A DNA stretch of 39,327 bases, from assembly GCA_902772855.1 (NCBI GenBank), contig CACYCG010000194.1:1-39327 (forward strand), read 5' to 3'. Source of the stretch: an uncultured Ruminococcus sp. (GTDB lineage Bacteria > Bacillota > Clostridia > Oscillospirales > Acutalibacteraceae). The notes beneath the pieces were generated by a model. That model was not told where the DNA came from and did no database searches. It worked only from the letters and a program-made list of their open reading frames with translations. The translations under genes and the position numbers were made by a program. This document shows positions 34,097 through 39,327 of this stretch, piece by piece (position 1 is the stretch's first letter; each line of letters opens with the position of its first letter).

Positions 34097-35179
34097 TTAG
34101 ATAAATAATTGGATCAGATCTTTGACTGAGATCAAAAGGATAAACCCAAAGAGCAGAACGATCCCGACAAGATTAATGGCTACTTCATATTTCGGATTCA
34201 GGGGTTTTCTGCGAATCAGTTCGATAAACAGCAAAACAAACCGACCGCCGTCCAGAGCAGGAAACGGAAGCAGGTTGACGACCCCTAAATTGACGGTGAT
34301 GATCATCATCATAAACAGCAGGTTTTCAAAACCCGCCCGAAAACTTTCTTTCATTCCGCTGGCGGTGACCTGAGAAACGCTTGAGGTGATGCCAATCGGG
34401 CCGGCCACATCATTCAGACTGGCCTGACCGGTGAACATTTGTATCAGTCCGGCCCATACGGTGCGAACGGTTGAAATGGTATAGAGAAAGGTCTGGGAAA
34501 TCAATGTGCCCGGGTTATTGGGAATGCCGTAGGGAACAAAATCAAGATTGATCTGGAGCCGCTCCTGTCCATTGATCTCTACTTTTTGGGAGGGCAGACG
34601 GACATTGGTGTAGGAGATGGTCTCCCCGTCCCGTTCTACCGTGATATCTAAAGAGTCGTCTTTGGCCAGCGCAAGCGCCGTATTCAGATCCATCCAGGTA
34701 TAAACCGAATAGCCGTTAATGGATTTGATGGTATCATTTACCTTCAGATGCTGTGATGAAACAGAATCATCCGAAAACTTTGCAATCTGGTTGATGGCAA
34801 AGGAATGAAAAGGGGCCAGAAAAATCATCATCATGATAAACCCCAGAATGAAGTTCATACAAGCCCCGGCAACAATGACGATCATTCGCTGCCAGACCGG
34901 TTTTTTGCTGAAAGCCCGCTCCGAAGTGCTTTCACCGTCCTCCCCTTCCATGGCGCAGTAGCCGCCGATGGGAAGAAGTCGGAAAGAATACTGTGTTTCA
35001 CCGATCTTGAATCCGAACAGCTTCGGCCCCATGCCCAAAGCAAATTCATTCACCTGTATCCCGAACAGCTTGGCCGTGACAAAATGACCGCCTTCGTGGA
35101 TCAGGATGATCAGTTCAAACAGTAGCACTCCAATCAGGATCATCAATGCGGATTCTATAGAAATCATCTCCTTGTTCAA
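34097..35179 (-). CDS. rseP: RIP (site-2) zinc metalloprotease RseP/RasP
   Basis: HEGGHF in the first TM helix, a central PDZ-like segment, and C-terminal NLLPFPALDGG. The TTG start at 35179 overlaps the dxr stop. Alternative start at the ATG at 35167. Confidence 0.85.
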   Translation of the reverse strand: MNKEMISIESALMILIGVLLFELIILIHEGGHFVTAKLFGIQVNEFALGMGPKLFGFKIGETQYSFRLLPIGGYCAMEGEDGESTSERAFSKKPVWQRMIVIVAGACMNFILGFIMMMIFLAPFHSFAINQIAKFSDDSVSSQHLKVNDTIKSINGYSVYTWMDLNTALALAKDDSLDITVERDGETISYTNVRLPSQKVEINGQERLQINLDFVPYGIPNNPGTLISQTFLYTISTVRTVWAGLIQMFTGQASLNDVAGPIGITSSVSQVTASGMKESFRAGFENLLFMMMIITVNLGVVNLLPFPALDGGRFVLLFIELIRRKPLNPKYEVAINLVGIVLLFGFILLISVKDLIQLFI

Positions 35180-36321
35180 TAATAGGCTTTGATTTTGGCC
35201 CGAGTTTCCTTGTCGGCTGCTGTGATCGAATCAAGGGTGACCGTTTCTTCTTCCCAGCGGAAGGAAGAAACTGCATTTCCAACGATCTCTCCAATATCGG
35301 TAAACTTGATTCTTCCGGCCAAAAACAGCTCCACAGCCGCTTCATTGGCAGCATTGGCGACAGCGGGATATACTCCGCCCAGACGCAAAGCCTGTCGGCA
35401 AATGCCAAGACAAGGGAAGGTTTCGTCATCGGGTTTGGAAAAATGAAGGGCACCGATCTCCGTCAGATCCAACTCTTTGGAAGGAGATGGCAGCCGCTGG
35501 GGATAGGTAAGGGCATACTGGATCGGGATCTTCATATCCGGAACGCCTAATTGAGCGATGATGGCATTGTCTTCCAATTCGATCATGGAATGGATAATGC
35601 TTTCCCGATGAATGACGACATCAATCTGTTCATCGCTGCATCCGAAAAGCCAGGAGGCTTCGATGACTTCCAGTCCCTTATTCATCATGGTGGATGAATC
35701 TACCGTGATCTTGGCGCCCATGCTCCAATTAGGATGGGTCAGAGCCTGTTTAATAGATACGTTCTCCAATTCGCTTTTTTTCTTTCCATAAAAAGAACCG
35801 CCGGAAGCCGTTAAAATGACTTTTTTCAGCGCTTTTTCGGGGCATCCCTGAAGGCACTGGAAAATAGCGGAATGCTCGCTGTCTACGGGATAGAGCTTTA
35901 CGCCTCTGCTTTTGATCTCTTTCATGACCAGGCTGCCGCCGGCCACTAAGGTCTCTTTGTTGGCAAGCGCTATATTCTTGCCTGCCCGAATGGCAGCTAA
36001 AGTCGGGAAAAGCCCTGCAACACCAACGATTGCATTGACGACCATATCGGCGTCTGACTCCGCAGCCGCACGGAGAATCCCTTCTTCCCCGCAGTATACC
36101 TCTACCGGAAGATCCCGCAAAGCTATTTTTAACTGGGCGGCCGCTCCCATATCCATCACACAGACCATCTTTGGGTGAAATTGTCTGACCTGCTGTTCCA
36201 GCAGCCGGATATTCTTATTGGCTGTCAGGGCCGTTACCTGGATGTGATGCATTTGCGCTACTTCAAGCGTTTGAGTACCGATAGAGCCGGTTGAACCTAA
36301 GACGGCGATTTTTGATGTCAT
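35176..36321 (-). CDS. dxr: 1-deoxy-D-xylulose-5-phosphate reductoisomerase
   Basis: LGSTGSIGTQTL NADPH motif, plus NKETLV, DSEHSAIFQC, HPNWSMG. ATG at 36321 with AAGGAG 9 nt upstream. Confidence 0.93.
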   Translation of the reverse strand: MTSKIAVLGSTGSIGTQTLEVAQMHHIQVTALTANKNIRLLEQQVRQFHPKMVCVMDMGAAAQLKIALRDLPVEVYCGEEGILRAAAESDADMVVNAIVGVAGLFPTLAAIRAGKNIALANKETLVAGGSLVMKEIKSRGVKLYPVDSEHSAIFQCLQGCPEKALKKVILTASGGSFYGKKKSELENVSIKQALTHPNWSMGAKITVDSSTMMNKGLEVIEASWLFGCSDEQIDVVIHRESIIHSMIELEDNAIIAQLGVPDMKIPIQYALTYPQRLPSPSKELDLTEIGALHFSKPDDETFPCLGICRQALRLGGVYPAVANAANEAAVELFLAGRIKFTDIGEIVGNAVSSFRWEEETVTLDSITAADKETRAKIKAYY

Positions 36322-36350
36322 AACGATCACTCCTTGTCGTTTCTGATTCC

Positions 36351-37172
36351 TTATGCCACGATAGGCAAATATTTTACTATAATATACAGTAAAGGGACGA
36401 CAAATATTACGCTGTCAAACCGATCCAGCATGCCACCGTGACCGGGAATCAATTCTCCGTAATCCTTGACGGCATAGGAGCGCTTGATGACCGAAAAACT
36501 CAGATCACCTAAAATGGACAGTACCGCCCCGAAAAACGAAACCAGAGCAACCATCCAATAATTCAGTGTGATCTCATTTCCGTAGATCCATTCATCAAAC
36601 AGCAGCCCGGCCAGACAACTGACGCCAACGCAGATGGCGACCCCGCCAACAGCGCCTTCGATGGTTTTTTTGGGGCTGATCTGCGGGCACAGCTTATGCT
36701 TTCCAAAAAAAACGCCGACAAAATACGCTCCTGCATCGGCCAGCCACGGAATGGCCAGCGAAAAAACAAAATACATGGTAGAATGAGCCATATCATCATC
36801 CTTCAGCAAAACAAGCATGGATAAGGACAGGGTGATGATCATGGTCATACTGTAAGTGTAGGCGAAATCCTTAAACGATATTTTTTTGTAAAAAAAGACG
36901 ATCATGGAAAGCATCAAACCGGTGTAGACACTGCATACGATGGTGGAAAAGCCATAGGAAACAAGGGTCGGATAGGCAAAGGCAAACAGCAGGCTTGGAA
37001 TGCTCACCTGAAACAAGGTGGCGGTTTTGACAGCCTTCATAAATTCAAACACCGAAACAGTGCAGACGACCACCGCAAAAACAACAATGCTGACCGGATG
37101 ATAAAGGCTGACAAAAATAACAGCCAAAATCAAAGAAATGCCGATAATGGCCGAAACAATCCGTTTGCGCAT
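36351..37172 (-). CDS. cdsA: Phosphatidate cytidylyltransferase
   Basis: Polytopic membrane protein with SPKKTIEG..GD.. and GHGGMLDRFDS signature motifs. The uppS-cdsA-dxr synteny supports the call. Confidence 0.88.
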   Translation of the reverse strand: MRKRIVSAIIGISLILAVIFVSLYHPVSIVVFAVVVCTVSVFEFMKAVKTATLFQVSIPSLLFAFAYPTLVSYGFSTIVCSVYTGLMLSMIVFFYKKISFKDFAYTYSMTMIITLSLSMLVLLKDDDMAHSTMYFVFSLAIPWLADAGAYFVGVFFGKHKLCPQISPKKTIEGAVGGVAICVGVSCLAGLLFDEWIYGNEITLNYWMVALVSFFGAVLSILGDLSFSVIKRSYAVKDYGELIPGHGGMLDRFDSVIFVVPLLYIIVKYLPIVA

Positions 37173-37892
37173 TTACACACCCCCGAAACGCCTGTTTCTT
37201 TTATTATATTCGATGACGGCTTTATTAAACTCCTCTTCATTAAAATCCGGCCACAGGGTTTCTGTGGAATAAAACTCTGAATAGGCGCACTGATACAAGA
37301 GAAAATTGCTTAAACGGAACTCTCCGCCGGTACGGATGATCAGATCCGGGTCCGGCTGATGGGCTGTGTACAGCCGATCGGCAATATCTTTTTCCGTCAG
37401 GCTTTCCGGATCCAGACCGTTCTGCTGAACGTCACGGCAAAGGGATCGGACCGCCATGAGAATTTCATCTCTGGAGCCATAGTTCATAGCGATATTCAGC
37501 ACCATGCCTTCCCGGTTTTTGGCAACCTCTTCCGATTCGTTGATCAGATCGATCAATACTTTATTAAAGGCGCTGCGGTCCCCGATGAACCGGACTTTTA
37601 TGTCATCGTCACGGAAATCGGTGACCAGATCAATAAGATTCTGTTTGAACAGCTTCATCAGGGCACTGACTTCTTCCGGAGGACGCTTCCAGTTCTCAGT
37701 GGAAAAAGCATATAAAGTAAGCACCTTTACACCGCATTTGCTGATGTAACGTGTGACCTTCCGGAAATTCTGAGCACCGTATTTATGGCCTATGGTTCTG
37801 GGAAGCCCTCGCTTTTTGGCCCAGCGGCCGTTGCCATCCATTATAATGCCAACGTGTTCCGGAATATGCAGTCCTGCCAAGGCGTCTGACAT
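37173..37892 (-). CDS. uppS: Isoprenyl transferase (undecaprenyl-diphosphate synthase)
   Basis: HVGIIMDGNGRWA, LTLYAFSTENWKRP and RTGGE.RLSNFLLYQ motifs. GGGAGG RBS 8 nt upstream. Confidence 0.93.
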   Translation of the reverse strand: MSDALAGLHIPEHVGIIMDGNGRWAKKRGLPRTIGHKYGAQNFRKVTRYISKCGVKVLTLYAFSTENWKRPPEEVSALMKLFKQNLIDLVTDFRDDDIKVRFIGDRSAFNKVLIDLINESEEVAKNREGMVLNIAMNYGSRDEILMAVRSLCRDVQQNGLDPESLTEKDIADRLYTAHQPDPDLIIRTGGEFRLSNFLLYQCAYSEFYSTETLWPDFNEEEFNKAVIEYNKRNRRFGGV

Positions 37893-38080
37893 AAAAAAAC
37901 CTCCCTGTTATCCTTGTTGCTTTGTTTTTCCCGAGCGGGTCGGGACTGGAAGAAAAGGCAAGGCAACACCGCATGAAACCATTCTGCTGGCTTGAACCCG
38001 AGGGTGTCTGTATCCGCACAGAAGCGCATCGGATGAAAACAGGCAGCGCTGAGCGGCACTTTCTTTTGCGGTATTGCCTT

Positions 38081-38116
38081 AAAAGACCTCGGCAAGAGAG
38101 CGATTTCTTGCCGAGG
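38081..38116 (-). terminator. Intrinsic terminator after frr
   Basis: Minus strand: CCTCGGCAAGA-(8 nt)-TCTTGCCGAGG, an 11-bp stem, followed by TCTTTT. Confidence 0.7.
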
Positions 38117-38181
38117 CATTTCCGTTTTTCTTTCTGATCGGCTGCCTGCTGAAAACTGCGAAACAGTCAAGTGATACCTGC

Positions 38182-38736
38182 TTAGATCTCCATGATCTGT
38201 TTTTGCTTTGCCTCGGTAAGGCTTTCGATTCTTTTAATATGGCTGTCGGTAATTTCCTGAATTTTTTTCTCGCCGTGTTTCAGGTCATCCTCAGTGATCT
38301 CTCCGTTTTTCTTCATGGCCTTGAGTTTCTCCATCGCTTCCCGGCGAATGGAGCGAACAGCCACTTTGGCCTCCTCCCCCATTTTTCCGATCTCCTTGAC
38401 GATTTCTCTGCGTCGGTCTTCCGTCAGCGGCGGGAAAACCATGCGGATCACTTTTCCGTCATTCTGCGGATTGATGCCGATATCGGAGGTCTGGATGGCT
38501 TTTTCGATGGCCCGGAGCATGGACATATCCCACGGCTGAATGGTAAGCGTACGGGCTTCTGTGATAGACACAGCGGCAATCTGGTTGATGGGAGTGGGCG
38601 TGTCGTAGTAATTCACCCGAAGTTTATCCAGAACAGCGGGATTGGCCCGGCCTGCCCGGATCTCGGCAAATTCGGTTTCGAGATGCTTGACGGATTTTGA
38701 CATTTTTTCGTCATAGGTTTTAATGACTGTATTCAT
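38182..38736 (-). CDS. frr: Ribosome recycling factor
   Basis: 184 aa with typical RRF sequence (RAGRANPAVLD..V.YYD.PTPINQIA..PWD..IEKAI..SD.G.NP..DG..IR). AGGAGG RBS. Confidence 0.95.
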   Translation of the reverse strand: MNTVIKTYDEKMSKSVKHLETEFAEIRAGRANPAVLDKLRVNYYDTPTPINQIAAVSITEARTLTIQPWDMSMLRAIEKAIQTSDIGINPQNDGKVIRMVFPPLTEDRRREIVKEIGKMGEEAKVAVRSIRREAMEKLKAMKKNGEITEDDLKHGEKKIQEITDSHIKRIESLTEAKQKQIMEI

Positions 38737-38787
38737 GGTTATTTCCTCCTGCTCGTCTTATAGATTGATGGTTTGAAGAACCGATGA

Positions 38788-39327
38788 TCACCGCACGATG
38801 GTTCCGACGTTTTCACCGCAGACGGCGGCCACGATGTTTTCCGGCTTCTCCAGGCTGAACACGATGACCGGGATATTATTGTCATTACAAATCGCTGCGG
38901 CCGTGCTGTCCATCACACCCAAACCCAGATTCAGAACATCATGGAAGGACACTTCATCAAATTTTTTGGCATTGGGGTTTTTCTTGGGGTCGCTGTCATA
39001 CACACCGTCCACCATCGTGGCTTTCATGACAATATCTGCTTCAATCTCTGCCGCACGAAGGGCTGCTGCCGTATCCGTTGAGAAGAAGGGATTGCCGGTG
39101 CCGCAGCCAAACACCACGATCCGTCCCTTTTCCAGATGACGGATAGCCCGGTTGCGTATGTACGGTTCTGCGACCTGCTGCATGGAGATAGCGGTCTGCA
39201 CCCTGACTTCTACTCCTAATTGTTCCAGTGTATCCGAAACGCCGAGCGCATTGATGACGGTGGCGAGCATTCCCATATGATCAGCTCTGGTGCGGTCCAT
39301 TTTTCCGCTGGAGCGTCCTCTCCAGAA
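38788..39327 (-). CDS. pyrH: UMP kinase, with the 5' end outside the window
   Basis: [39 protein letters not shown] and DGVYDSDP motifs. The reading frame stays open to the window edge upstream of the track's internal Met at 39300. Confidence 0.9.
   Translation of the reverse strand, partial: FWRGRSSGKMDRTRADHMGMLATVINALGVSDTLEQLGVEVRVQTAISMQQVAEPYIRNRAIRHLEKGRIVVFGCGTGNPFFSTDTAAALRAAEIEADIVMKATMVDGVYDSDPKKNPNAKKFDEVSFHDVLNLGLGVMDSTAAAICNDNNIPVIVFSLEKPENIVAAVCGENVGTIVR

Overview
This 39.3-kb chromosomal window comes from a Gram-positive bacterium, almost certainly a spore-forming Clostridia-type Firmicute. The evidence is a PolC-type replicase, the spore-cortex deacetylase PdaA, strong GGAGG-type ribosome-binding sites (RBS), and mid-range GC judged by eye. 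I can support 28 protein-coding genes (one truncated at the right edge), 8 near-consensus sigma-A promoters and 9 intrinsic terminators. I saw no rRNA, tRNA, CRISPR array, transposase or integrase.

The right 15.5 kb (23.8-39.3 kb) is a conserved minus-strand housekeeping array: pyrH(partial)-frr-uppS-cdsA-dxr-rseP-ispG-polC-[SipW-like membrane protein]-lon-engB-patB-like.

The left and middle parts mix metabolism genes (PLP decarboxylase, folC, pdaA, HAD hydrolase) with the unusual content:
- (i) A 1133-aa cytosolic protease with no transmembrane (TM) segment. It fuses a Clp_N-like domain, a ClpA/B-D2-type AAA+ module, a receiver-like domain and a complete FtsH AAA+/M41 module. A YbjN (chaperone-like) gene lies directly upstream, and a second YbjN paralog lies 3.3 kb away.
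- (ii) A 1598-aa single polypeptide carrying a complete RecQ (SF2) and a complete UvrD (SF1) helicase motor, plus a degenerate DnaQ-like N-terminus.
- (iii) Immediately downstream, a self-contained SOS/translesion cassette: a self-cleaving XRE-S24 repressor, an unknown 93-aa protein, a Y-family polymerase and a YolD-like protein.
- (iv) A two-gene operon of apparent paralogs, one cytoplasmic with a zinc ribbon and one a lipoprotein.
- (v) A membrane protein with six tandem cytoplasmic zinc ribbons encoded by near-identical DNA repeats.

All family assignments come from motif recognition by eye. No database search, HMM, fold prediction or composition calculation could be run.
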